A stretch of DNA of 60,039 nucleotides, filler included, from Sphacelaria rigidula (lineage: Eukaryota), in the NCBI GenBank assembly GCA_964200075.2. It is 3 parts of 3 records of this genome, joined end to end, with 100 filler letters (N's around TTAATTAATTAA, not from the genome) between each part and the next. Parts side by side here need not be neighbours in the genome. Positions count along the whole stretch, not along the records: positions 20,054 to 40,004 come from CAXNAA020000584.1; 2 more parts are not named here. One strand, written 5' to 3'. A program made the position numbers and the translations under genes. The notes beneath the pieces were generated by a model. The model did no database searches. It had not been told where the DNA came from and saw nothing but the letters and a program-made list of their open reading frames with translations. This document shows positions 25,212 through 38,523 of this stretch, one piece after another (the first letter of the stretch is position 1; every line of letters begins with the position of its first letter).

Positions 25212-26581
25212 AGCGGGTTTTTGTGATAGGGCCACTATTTCGGTGAAAAAGGCGGGAGAAAACCGTTTCATCCCGCGTATAATTCCATTACGAACGATCC
25301 ACCCTCACCCTTTCATTCTGAGATCCTTACGGCAAGAGCAGCCATTCGCAAACATTAGCACACAAAGTGATGCGCTTACCAACTACGTGGGTTCGAATGG
25401 ACAGCTTCGCGGTCAAACTGTCAACTGTTCAGCGCCCTCGGGCGGACACCTGAGTCCCGAAGTGGATACTGTGCCTGTTCAACTTATGCGCAGCCCTGAT
25501 CGGGCAAAGGGTCAAGCTCACGTATGCCAAATGCGGACGATTGTTGTGCGCGACTTGAATCTACAGATGCTTCCACAGTGAAGACCACGAAAACTTTGCA
25601 TGTCGTAACAGGAATCAAAAGCCCGTCCTGTCTTAACAGGGTCGTACGTTGATTGGGTGAGTGAACAGAATGTTGGTTCATAGACAAGAATTAAACGTTA
25701 TTTATTGCTGTGTGAGGCTGGGCGTCAGCGGAGCTTGAGAGGTAGGTACCCATGGGTGCCCGTGCCTCCTTCCCCCACTACTAACCATGGGCTATCAGTA
25801 CCGTCCGGCGGGTGATTCATGGGTCGACGAACCCAGCATGCATGGCCATGGATGAGGGTACTCATGACCACCCATGGATATAGCCGTGGGTGGTCATAAA
25901 TACCTACGCGTGTCCGTGATACCCATAATTGGCCCAAACAATGGCGACTACGCTTATGATAACGCACTCCTTCCACAGGTGGTCTCTACACAACTAAGTT
26001 TTGATAAGAGATGTTCCAAATTAGACAAAAACTTACAACTGCTCATTGGGATTTCACACATCTGGGTCCAGCGAATATCATAGTACACACTGGCGCGCAC
26101 AAACGTGTCGTCGTAAATTGTCCAAAAAGTCTCTCAGTGAGCGAGACCCTAAATCCTAAGCCCCAACCAGTCTTGTAAAGGAAAAAATCGGCTTCGTCGA
26201 AAAGTAGGGCGGAGGACACTGCACAGAGTCGACCGTAGCGTGAACACACTTTCTGCAAAATATCATCATATACCAAAGAACGGCTCGGTTTGGCTCAGTT
26301 CAGACCTGGGGTTTACTGCGCGTGAACGTTATTTCAGCAGTAAAACAACCGTTCCTCCACTCCTTTGAAAATCTCGGGTCACTATCTCGATCAGGCGACA
26401 TATACCCATCTAGCAGGGAACAGCGTGGCACCAAACAAAGCGGCTCCATCTCCCCAGTGATGGGCCGTCTGCGCGACAAGCGGTGTCTTTACGGCCAAGT
26501 ATATACGCAGGTAATCACGCGCCCCCTTTATTGTAGACATTCAGGAAGTGCGATTCTTTGAGTTCATCAATCGCCCGGCTC

Positions 26582-29500
26582 ATGTCTCGGCTGTATTCTC
26601 CTGTACCCAAGCATGAAAACGCTGGAGAAGATTGTGGGCACATCAACAACTCCGAGCCAGACCAGCATTGGATCGGAGCAATTATGGAACAAGATGACCC
26701 CGGCGCCTACAGGAGCACACTCGGCGATGGGCACAACGACGATGCCATCGAGCAACAGAATGTCGCCGAGCACAATAACCCTGAGAATCTTCCAAAGGAA
26801 CAAACCTTGACTGGCGAAGGCAAGCGTTGAGTGCTGCACGGTGCAGAGCAGCTTAGCTTGAAGGCAGGGCCATGCTATATCTCATATCGTTATAAGTCTT
26901 CGATGGTAATGTACTAACCATAAACCTGCGCGCATACAGTACACAGGATGGTGCTGTTTCCCACCTCGCACTTGCTGAAGCGTGGCGAGTTGAGATGCGG
27001 CTTGGTATCGAATAGCTCATGCTATCAGTAGGCTTTCGAAACTCTCCCAACTTCAGAAAAAAAAAACTCCAAACCTATTTTTAGCGAGGTAGTGCGCGAC
27101 CAGTCATAAAGGTAGCGCAGCAGCGATATCAGAGCACATTTTAACGAGCCCCACTCATGAATTGAGCGTACACGCATACACCCCGACCGCGCGCGTTTAG
27201 TTGAGCGCTACCGCACTCTACACGGCACCACCTGCCCTTTCGATTTTGGGGGCTTCAACCCGAGCAGAGCGCGAAGAGTCAGCCCTTGACTACTGGGAGG
27301 AGTTAGCTGCAGAAGACGGTGCGATCTGGTTCTACAATCACACCACCCAGGCTTACCATGCCTCTCTGCCGACCAACGTCGAAAACAGTGAACCTAGTAT
27401 CGACTGCGCCCAAATCAAGGAGACGGATACCGAACTATACCCTGAGGTGGAGGCGGGGATGGACGTCGAACCATACATAGCAGAAGTTGATGCAATGCTT
27501 TCTCAGGACGTTTTCGACGAGAATAAACAATCGGGGGGAAGGGCTGAGATATGGACTGGTGGGGCAGAGGGAGAGGTGTTTGTAGCGTGGCCTCTTGATG
27601 ATCCGGGAGACATGAAGGCCACCCCAACCGCTGGAACCATTGCCGGGAAACTCCCTGAGGTATGTCAAAGGTGGAGTTCATCATTTTTTCATGCGCCATT
27701 TATGTTTCCTCCCTAACGATATATTCATTTGTGCACACATTGGCAGGCTACTGATGATAGGAACGATGATGACCATGCATGCAACGATTGTGCATGAAAC
27801 TTGAGGAGCCTGCATGAGCTACCCGTGCCGCCGTCTCAGATACATGTGCATTGTACAAGCGCTGTACCTGTCCAGCCCAGCGAGGTCATGGTACAATCTG
27901 CTCGCGTGCCGAGTACGTGTTGAGCAAATACACAGATCCAACAATCAGCCTGACCTACTCCCGAAGCCAAACCGGAAACATAGGACACCGCAAAGTTGAT
28001 GTTACCCCCTCTTAAATCATCAACGGATCAACGGTATGAAGATACGGTGGATCGAGGATATGACAAAAACAACACCCCGAGCTCGATCGCAATATTTCGA
28101 TCCGACCCCACACCACCTTTTTCCATTGCTTGACCTGACTACATATAGGTTGAGGAAGAATGCGAGTACGAGCCTGATAACCCAGCCATGGTACGAGAGC
28201 ATACGAAGCAAGCTGTGCTGATGCTACTGCCTGCAATGGTGGTGGATGCTGTAGTTAAGGAAGCCATGCAGCGCGCAATTCTACAGATGCGGAGAGCGGC
28301 TACTGCTGATGCTGAAAATAAACGACGGAATCTCTTGGCGACCAGAGCAGAATACCGGCACATGAAAAGGGGCACACAAAAGGTGATCATCGATCGCGCG
28401 AAGATTCGTGCGTAACGCCTCAGTGTGGATGTTAATTCTGTTGGTGGCGGTGAGAATATTGAGGGTGTCAAAACTTCTCCAACAAACAAATGAACAACAT
28501 GCCACGAAGAATTAAGTCGGCAGGATTCAATCGTTTGCAAATGGATAGAACCGTCGTCCATCCGTCCGGTATTGCCCATCCGGATGTGCCAGACGCGCGA
28601 GTCACAGCTTACGATACTCCCGTGACAACGTTGAATTTTCATCCAATGTGTTTCCCTGTTTATCGTTGACGCCATCTCGCACGAACACGAAGAAAGCAGT
28701 TCCCGGACAGATCCAAAAAGCAAACAAATCTGGAAATTCATCGGACGACGATTCTGGGGCTGAAAGTACGGGAGATGACCGCAATACCACAACTCAAGAA
28801 AGGGACCACATTGTCGGGGAGAAACTTGCTGAGGTATGTATGTGTGCATCGCTCCACCCGTGATGCATCTGAGACGTGTCAGGCTTGACTGTGGGCCGGG
28901 ATATTCGAAGACAAAATTGAGTGAGCACTCCAGAATGTCTGTCGAGGCAACCTCATTCGAAACGCACCAACAGCATCGGAAAGGTGGGGTTACCATCGTG
29001 CGGGTACGTCGCTGCGAAAAGCATAAGTATACGATAATATCAACATCGCTATACATCCGAGACCATACAGTGTGGAGGTACCATTGGACTACGTTTGGAA
29101 CAAAATGATCCGCCTTGCACTGAGTTCACTTAAACAACCATCGACCCCAAGACGTTTTCCGTGTGCCGTTGTTTATCCAGATACTCAACGTCCTTCTGCA
29201 TCGATCGAAAGAGGAAGCGAGGTTGACGATGAGGAGAGTTTGCTTATCCTCGCAAGGGATTGGTCCTACGGGAGCTCGAGATCTGGTGAGGTATTTGCTA
29301 TCAACGGGGAGCGCTCTTCGCTGAATATTTTTCACTACCCATACGTGCACTAGGCAAAGACAACCTCCGTAACCCTTTTGGAAACCATTGACGATTTTTG
29401 TTTTTGTGGATCGGTATCATTTTCAGCCATTTTCAAGTCAAACCGATGCCGATTCACGAAAACACAAAGCGTCACTGGGTTTCAAAAGGGTTAACTTAAA

Positions 29501-32500
29501 TCCAAGTTCAGATTTGTGCTTTCTGGACCGCATGCTATCATGTTCGCTCGGTTTCCTCACAGAACCGCTGTAATACACGGCGCCACAGAAGCGCGGTGAC
29601 TCAAGGAACGTAACACGCAGGCCGCGAACGGAGCAAAAGTGATGAGTGACCGTAGTGTACCCGCATACATTGCTTCATCTTCACTTGCCTTGTCCAGGTT
29701 CCTGCACTGAAGCAGTGCGTGATCATAGCCCTGTTTCTCGGGAACAATGCCATTGGAGACAAGGGGGCCGACACCCTGGCGGAAGGCTTAAGACACGCCA
29801 GAGGCCTACAAGAATTGCATCTCAACGACAACGAGGTTAGTCGACATTTTCCTTTGCAGCAGGGCGGACCGGCCACCACGTTTAGCGCCTGTAGAAGTAT
29901 TCAGACGTTCAACATGATCCGAGGGAACGAAGACGGAGTACGGTTCTCCATGAAAGTAACGCCTCACAAGGTGATCCAATCGAAGGTATTCGAGCGAGAA
30001 CCTCTTTCGAGTAACGCAACATCGAAGTACCTCTGTGCCCGCACCAAAACGCCAGGGGTGAGCCGACTACACCCGTTATACTCATCGATTTCTCGATGCA
30101 CATCAACCCCGCCAACCCGCCGACCCACTTGCCCCTCCATCGAATGGTGCTCTTCCCGCAGATCACGGATGTGGGATGCCATAGAGTAGTACTCTCTCTC
30201 GAACACCTTCCAGCTCTAGTTTCGCTGAATCTCTCCCATAATCCCTTCGGAGAAGCCGCGTGCCGCTCCATAGCTACCCTGGTATGTCAGCCCGGGTGTC
30301 CACTGCAGTCATTGGCCCTCTCCGGTTGCCTAGACATCGACCCTGGAGCGTGGAAAACGATTTTCCCGCCCATGCACAGCAGGACATGTACCGGGGAGGG
30401 CGAGGACCGATGGATTCCTCCGCGGCCCGGAGACGATGGGGCTGTTCTCCTTGCTGCGGCGCTTATTTCTCCACACGGCTGCCCCCTTAGGTGGACTTTT
30501 GACCACAATTGGCGGGAAAGCGTCGGGAATTGTAGTATCACCTAAAAAAATGCCACATGATGGGGGCAAAGCGATCGCGCATACGATGCGAGATTGTGAA
30601 ATGGGTAAAGTGTGCCTTAGTGCATAGGTGCAAGGACATTCGTACATCAATAGAAAAAACGCCACGTGTCGTGTAAGAAGCGCACACCCCGTAGGGCGCA
30701 CCAAACATCGGGTTTGACATTACGCGGATGCAATCGGCAGAACAGCTAATCGCAGGGGGGCGAAAACATGCCCCACGTACTCACCAGTCCCTCGCCGCCA
30801 ATGTTTTCCTACCAGCTAACGATGGCCTCTGCCTATCCATGGCCTTTGTTCCCCAATCGGCGTTGCAGGGATCTTCGCCTGGCAAATGCAGGTATTCGCG
30901 CCATCGGAGCCAAAGCCATCGCCGCAGCCCTTTGCGCCAACGAGACTCTCGAAACCATCGACTTGTCGGGAAACGACTTTGCGCCGAAACCTCACGACAT
31001 ACCTGGAGAGAGCGCGATCGAAATCCTCGAGTTTGGACTGCAGGCATGTTACGGAAATCGACATGCAGTCTCCTTTTTTAATCACTCGTTCGCCCCCCCG
31101 AAGAGCTCGATCAGTCCAAACAAGAAGTAGAGGAAGGGCCAACTATGTGGTCATGTGGTTTGGACAACTGCGCGTGACATTAATTCATGTACGTCGGTCC
31201 CTGCGATGCTCCCGAGAACCGCTTCAGGGTGCAATAAGGCCTGCCTTGCTTGCAGTCCACAGTAAGGTATGATCCTATTCTCGGCCATATCGATCCTCAG
31301 ACTTCGATGCCAATGCCTCGGTTCAATATAAATGCGCAAGTCAGGTCAACACCACAGTACACACGATAACACTGAGAGCGTGCGGTCTTACCCCTGGCGA
31401 AATCTTCGGAATTCAAGCATATGCGCGCAGGGCCACGGGAACACAAGAAATGTCACGATCCGCCGCTGACATCTCCAACGGAGTAACTTCTGCAAGTGGG
31501 ATGTCGGCATCTGCGCAAGGTGGATGGTTGCAATGGGACAAGGAAAAGCGTTTGGGGCATAGAGCCCACTCTCTTCGAAATTGGCTTCTGGATGCCGCGT
31601 GGTGAGGATAGTGAACACGGGTGATTATACACTAGCAACGTTCAACCCGAGCCACCTGCTCGTATGGTATTGTTTTTGTCGGAGAACATGTTACTAATCA
31701 AAGGGTACTTTCAGTCGGATTACTTCGGCTGACGAAAAGGGGATATACGCCCTTCAATCTAAGCTGGTCCAGGATATGACGCCAAGGTTCCGTTCGCCAT
31801 GAGATCTTCTATCAACAGTCTAGTGACGCAGACTCCACTCACCAAGGTTGAGTAGACCCAAGAAGGCGCGTAGTCGCGATCATCTTACCCTTTTTACCCG
31901 TATCTGATCTACAGCAAGGTATCGACGCCAAATGTGCTTCCCTCACGCACAAGTTCAAAGCGTAAGCACCCTATCCCGTCAAAAATGTACTCACCGCCTG
32001 ACCAGTCCTCCATACTCGTTCCGTCTCCCAAAACGCACCAGCGTGAAGGGATTGCAATATCCACGTGCACTTCCCACGGAGCCTGATGACGCAGTTTCGA
32101 CTCCGCTCGAGCCAATTAAAAAACATCTGCATCAGTCAAAAATCGGGGCAACGACCACTCAAAGTGGTAACGGCGGTTGTTCCTTAGTAGCGGATCGCGC
32201 GCGAGATACACAGGAATATAAGCGGTATGCTTTGCTAGAACCGCGGCTATCACAATCACTTCTGGCTCTTCGGCAACTCGTGAAAGCAAGCATGACAGCA
32301 TGTTCTTCCATCAAAGCCGGAGGCGAAAAAGCTGACAGCGTCGATCTTTCCCGATATACAGCAGAAACTCCCCAGATCGCGAGGTTGCGAGAGGCGATAC
32401 GCTCTGACGGCGGAAACGTTGGTCAGCTGAAAATATCGTGTCACAACATGCTGGCGGTGGAGAAAATAGACATACACGGTGAAGAGAAGGATACTCCTAC

Positions 32501-32825
32501 GGATGCAGAGGTGCCCGGGAAATCTTCGAGCCGTTCGACAAAAGGCGATCTTTCACCAGGCCGAGAAGTAGCTAGTGCCGTCGCGGCCGGCGGAGCCCTT
32601 CTGCGAGTGAACGAGATCAACCCTAGAATGATGTCGTCGGTGCGGGATACTTCAGAAGTGTCATGTACCATGGGGTCCTGTTCTGACGACGCGTATTACA
32701 ATAGAGGAAGATTCCCGTCGGCAGCTGCGCTAGCCAAGGCAGCCGAAGAAGGGCGCACCCTTGCGGAACTCTCGGAACAGTGGCGCGCTGAGCTGCAGAG
32801 CACGGTTAACGAATCATTTAGGTGA
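26582..32825 (+). CDS. WW-like domain + coiled-coil + RNI-like leucine-rich repeat protein
   Basis: Phase-consistent exons 26582-26819, 27268-27659, 28149-28382, 28711-28833, 29181-29285, 29698-29835, 30162-30490, 30869-31043, 31228-31261, 31915-32825. WW-like YWEELAAEDGAIWFYNHTTQ; LRRs LFLGNNAIGDKGADTLA, LQELHLNDNEITDVG, LNLSHNPFGE, LRLANAGIRAIGAKAIA, LETIDLSGNDF. A donor at 32821 could extend the gene to 37745-37815 and beyond. Linkage of the WW exon to the LRR exons is inferred. Confidence 0.7.
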
Positions 32826-33017
32826 GAGGGCAAGGACGAGCTTACAAAATACAAAAGCGCATCAAACTGTACGACGGTTATCAGCGCCTGCTGGTCCCGA
32901 CTTTTCCTCCCATCACCTCGTGTGGGCCGTCAATTTCAGGATGAAACTATTACGGGGGAACATTGTTAATAGGAATGGATGCATAGAAGGACGTCACTCG
33001 AGCATTTTGGAGTCGAT

Positions 33018-33711
33018 TTCAACAAACGATAGCTCAGATGAACCGCAAGGTCCACGCCGAAAATGGTCAGCAACAATAAATAAATAAATAAAATACACAC
33101 GAGAAGGTCAGGCCCATTCCGTGAATTTTCCTGAAATTTTCCCGTTGATTTCCCTCCGCTCATGAATCACGGGTTGAGATACGACATGCCATATCTCCGG
33201 CGTGTTGACGTCAAGTTCAACAAACGATAGCTCAGATGAACCGCAAGGTCCACGCCGAAAATGGTCAGCAACAATAAATAAATAAATAAAATACACACGA
33301 GAAGGTAAGGCCCATTCCGTGAATTTTCCTGAAATTTTCCCGTTGGTTTCTCTTCGATAATGGATCAGAGGTTGAGATATGGCATGCCATATCTCCGGCG
33401 TGTTGACGTGAAATTCAACAAACGATAGCTTCAATGAACCGCAAGGTCCACGCGGACAATGGCCAGCAAAAAAAAAAATGCACACAAGAAGGTTAGGCCC
33501 ATTCCGTGAATTTTCCTGAAATTTTCCCGTTGGTTTCTCTTCGATCATAGATCAGGGGTTGAGATATGGCATGCCATATCTCCGGCGTGTTGACGTCAAA
33601 TTCAACAAACGATAGCTTAAATGAACTACAAGGTCCACGCAAACAGTGGTCAGCAACAAGAAATAAAAAAATAACACGCAAACAAGAAGTTGAGGCTCAT
33701 TCTGTGAATTA
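33018..33711. repeat. ~198-bp tandem satellite, ~3.5 copies
   Basis: TTCAACAAACGATAGCT starts at ~33018, 33216, 33414 and 33601. Confidence 0.95.
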
Positions 33712-35773
33712 TTCCAGTCGGTGCCCCTGCGATCATAAATTAGTAAGGCTGTGAACTGGACCAGTTTGTACTGGCAGTTAAACTGGAACTGGAGCTTAAC
33801 TGGAACTGGTGATGAGGACTCCAGTTTATCCAGTTTATTTGAAGTTTGCCGTTACCGGCTTTGTTTATACCATTTGAAGTATGATGATATTATAGCAAAT
33901 ATGCTTACATGTTTACGAACAAAATGACGGTGGGATTGAGGTCTGCACCTGACAACAGCACAGGTGCAGACGGTACAGTACAGTACTCGTGGCCACTACA
34001 ACTCGAAGTGAATATGAGGATATATGCCAGGCTTGTCGTTTCATAGCACGACATCCGGAGTCAAAAATAGCAAACAAACGGTGACCCGCGACCACAAAAT
34101 ACAAAGTGCACCATGGCTTGCAATTCAACCGCATGCGTGCTTGTGATTCCGGACGTGAATCATTTTGCGCTCTTATCCACGCGTGCTGCCAGCCTTGGCT
34201 TGTTTCCGTCTTCCTCTCCTCACGGAGAGTCTGCCGCTGCATATTAAACTACAGATGAATTATTTTTGAATCGTTCACCGCTTTGAATGGGATTTGAATG
34301 TCATTCGAGAGTGCCCCCCAAAAATAATTCAAGACCCTGTGCCCCTTTTTTTAACCCTGGAGTTTTTCGGGGGGGGGTGAGGTTACTAAATCTCATAGAT
34401 GAATAAAATATAAAATATCAGACATAAATAATGTAAAAAAACTAAGAAATACTTGATATAAAAAGTGAAAATTCGTGTTAATGAAGCTTTATTTCTTCGC
34501 ATACCTTCGGAGCCAAGTGAGGCCAAGTTATATTTATGGGTTTCGGCAATACATTGCGCATCACACTTCCACTACAAGAACAAGACCAGACAAATACCAC
34601 AATGTTCCGCAATGCTTGCTCGATCAAGCTAAACGTATCTATCTGCACCGTCAATTTGAGTCCAATGTGCGTCGAATCTTGTGGTGGCAAATAGGGCCAC
34701 CAAGATTATCATGGGCGCTACGTCACCCAAGTCGCCCCAAAGTGGCCATTTATTGAGTGTTTCTTAATGTGAAAGAGAAAACAATCCTGCGACCGCCGGA
34801 GGGGGGAGGGGGGAGGGGGGAGGGGGGGGTGTACATAGAGTCTCGGAGTTTTGGGGGGGGGGCACTCCTGTGTCATCCAACACTTTTAGCTCCTCAATGT
34901 GAGGGATCACATTTTCTACAAATTTCCACATTTTTGAAGGAAAAACAAGCCGATAACGCACTTTTTCTCGCCTCCGGCGGCGCTCCCGCGGGGCCCCCTC
35001 ACCAGCCGGGGGGGGGGGGCGTTGGCGGCTCGCGGCTTGGCTTCGCCGATTAACTGGAAAACAATCGATGTACTGGCCAGAGCAGCCAGTTCACAGCCCT
35101 ATAGATGATGGTTTGGTCATCGAGTGGCGTAGCCCGCGAGCCAAAAAAGCTCCCACCAGCAGAGGGCCCCCCACCGGAGGGCCCCGCTTGAGGCGCCCCG
35201 CCGGAGGCACGTTGTTACGCGATTTTGCTTCACTAGAGCAAGAAAATACCTTAAATTTGGGCCAATTCTCAAGTGCTGTATGTAGCTTCCGCAGCCGGGA
35301 ACGGAGAATAATGGTTTGAAACCATAATCCATTTTTTTTTATTTAACCATCGCCATTATTACCAGTATAATGATGGTGACTAGTTATAACTCGTACCATT
35401 TCAGATCTATACTAGTCAGGGATATCAAGGGCTTCAGTGGCAAACTACAGGCCGGTCCGCCGAGAAGCTCACTTTCCTTCAGCTCGTTCTAACTGACTAT
35501 GTATCGCGAGTTGTGCCTACTATAACAGATCGTGGTAAACGAAAAATCAGCGCGCTCTCAAATCCATGTAGCACTGCGATCCAACAAGGTCTCATCAAAC
35601 GAAATATTAAACTGTATTCAAGTGCGAAAATGTAGATAATTGAGGGTACTGTACTATGTGCGGCGGAATCAGCCAAAAGAAAACGGCTGAGTTTGGGTTT
35701 TCGGTTACAGTCAGTTGTGCCGCGTGGTGCCGCACAAGCTGTAGCACAATTCCCGAGATCAATATTCAGTCGC

Positions 35774-36345
35774 TTTCGATGAAATTTTGACATGGTGTAC
35801 AGGACGTATGTGCAAACACCCCTTGGTTCCTCCCGTGTGTGTGTGTTTTTCCGTGAGTTCTTGGCGACGGAACATTTCACAACATTTTTTTCTGGAACAA
35901 AACTACCGGTAACACACGGAGAAGAAAATAAACATAGAGTGGGGTAAGGAGGGGTCGTCGCACATTCGTCCTGTACATTGTGTCAAAATTTCATCGAAAA
36001 CAGCTTGAAACTGAACAGCATAAATGCGTTTGAAGTATTTGTAACTGGTCTATTCCTCATATATTATAGAAGCCGGTTGTCAACGGAATGACGCGAGTCG
36101 TGCGCTCATCTTTGGATCGTTTTCGAAGAAGGTTTGACACGATGTACAGGGCGTATGCGCGAAGACGAAACCTTTCCCTCTTCTTCTTTTTTTCCCTACG
36201 TGAGTTATTGGCAACGGAATATTTTTGAACAGCTTTTACGGAACAAATTTGCCAATAACTCACGAAGAAAAGAAAAAGGAGCATGGAGGGAATATTGGGT
36301 ATTCGCACATACATCCTGTAAATCATGTCGAAATTTTGTCGAAAA
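35774..36345. mobile_element. Two adjacent ~225-bp fold-back (MITE-like) units
   Basis: 35774-36000 and 36120-36345 each begin TTTCGA.GAA..TTTGACA..TGTACAGG and end with its approximate reverse complement; the two units resemble each other. Confidence 0.7.
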
Positions 36346-38168
36346 TGATTCATAATTGAGCGCACGACTGGCCTTTCAACATCCGTGATGGCATCTTGGG
36401 CAGCCCAGCTTGTAAAACACTCCAGAAAGCATATCAGGCCGCGTGGAGGGGTATTTCGGAACTGAAACTGCTCATTCATTAACTGGCCGCTTCTCACTCT
36501 CAATGGCATCCTCTACTCTCAATCTCACGAAAACGTTGTTACCTGTCCCGCTGCAAATTTAGTCTGTCGAATTATTCTGATGGGTGGGTGGTGGGTTCGA
36601 ATCTCGGTGCAGTCACACGGTCTGAGATTTTTTTCTCACACTGCCCAACAGTACAGTGAAGAGCGACCATGTCGTGGGCACACAAATTTCGCGGTACATT
36701 TCTTGTCTCTTGCAAATATTGGCCATTATTTTCATTGTCCAAGGTGTGTACTCTCTACAACATTGTATATCATCGTGTATTTAATGTATGTACTGTGTTA
36801 TGTTTTATACGCTGGCCTCCCTCTGCCGTATATACAAGGCATATGGCGGTCAAACTATTGATTGTATTCTACTATCTGTCACGATCTGGTCTACAGTGAG
36901 TGTGTGTTGTACGCATCATGCAGATTCTGACGCAGATGAGTCTTGTAGCCACACTTGGAACGGCGACTCGCGAAATCATTTTGTTTGTTCCCTCGTAGCA
37001 TGTTCCATGTCGAGGAACTCGTGTCCAAATGAAAACAAAAACTTGATTTATCAATGATTGATAGATGGACTGTCTCAGATGAAAGTCCCACATGTCTTAC
37101 ATGATTGTCAACCGATCTCCCGCCACGAATCCAGCTGGGGTCGCAAGATGGGCATTGCGACATAACCCTAATCCCATAACCAAATTAAAACGGAAAGACG
37201 CGCATAATAAGAGACAACTCGGTTGGGGAAAAAATAACTCGAGTAGAAAGGAAGAACGCATGACACAATCAACAAAACACAAGAGGTGCGTTTCTCTGAG
37301 TAAACGAGCAACGACAAATATTGACGGGGTGTGAACGCGATTCCATCGTAGTCCTCTCTATGATAACGTCGGAGCATTCCAGGGAGAGACACAAGAGTTA
37401 CCACCGAAGCGGAGAAGCGTCCCCTGTTCATGTGGTCAGACGTGCCAGGGATGTGACGATCATGATGAGGCACTCGTGGGGTCATCGGACAAACAGGATC
37501 TCGTAGAATGTTTTCATTGCAAGTTGGTGGGAAAGTTGTTGACCGCCGCGTGATTATGAAAACCATCGACAGTCAATTTTCGTTTGATCTTGCTGTGCCA
37601 TTTTCCTCACAAGCCGACCAATCCGTTGTTCTACGATACATCCATTTGTACTCAGATCCCAGCTTTCATGTCATTCAAGCTGTGACAAGTGACAGATATT
37701 GTCTTCAGCAGACACTTGCGGGGAATATTATCTTGTACCCACAGGAATTTCAACAGCGAAGATTACGCAGAGCGTGTAAAACGCGCACAGATCATGGATC
37801 AAGTAGTTGTTCCAGGTAATGAAGAGTCGCAAATTCAATGAGAATAGGGCACTCTCGCCAAACGAAGTGAAATCGACGAGCGTTGTAAAACGAAAAAAGA
37901 GAGCATGTGGTGAGGGTGTACACGCGTCACCATGACTGTAGGATTCCACAGGGATTAACTCATGTCCGACAAATGATCCAATCAACTACAGATAATCATA
38001 GACGATGCCCTGGAGCGTCTGCCCAACATCGCTGCCGCCAGTAGTCGAGCGGATGATATTTGAAAGCATAATAATACACCTTCAACCTATCCTCCGAAAG
38101 TTGAGAACTTGGATTCGAATAAAATGACGAAAAACATGCTCAAAACATGGAAAATAGTTCGGTGCATG

Positions 38169-38523
38169 AGGGTGTATTCATGATCTTGTATGCCGTAGTC
38201 ATATGACCATTGACCTTGCATCCCTACAAAGCCGGGACGGAGCACGTTAGGTTTTCGCCGGACCAAGCTCGTAGTCAATCACCAAGCGCGAAGCGCCGTG
38301 GTGTGTTCGGCGAGTCGCATTCAGGGTGAGCTGCATCCTGCTAAGATTATTCGGCCCGAAGCGTACTGATAATCTTGATCTTGCATTTGGATGATGACCT
38401 CCAATGAGTTTGCAGGCTGGGAAATAGAGTTCCCACGATCGTGCATGCCGTAGTCATGAGACCATTGACCTCGCACCCCTACAAAGTCGGAAAGAACCAC
38501 GACAGGTTTTCCCCGGACCAGGC
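38169..38523 (-). mobile_element. Family B LINE-end/SINE-like copy plus a short second copy
   Basis: 38169-38410 and 38436-38523 match 3820-4125 and 5808-6113. Confidence 0.75.

Noticed and set aside
28139..29056. 305-aa minus-strand ORF
   Set aside because: Antisense to well-phased exons of the LRR gene; no recognisable motifs.
33108..33548. ORF with repeated peptide motifs
   Set aside because: Translation of the 198-bp satellite.
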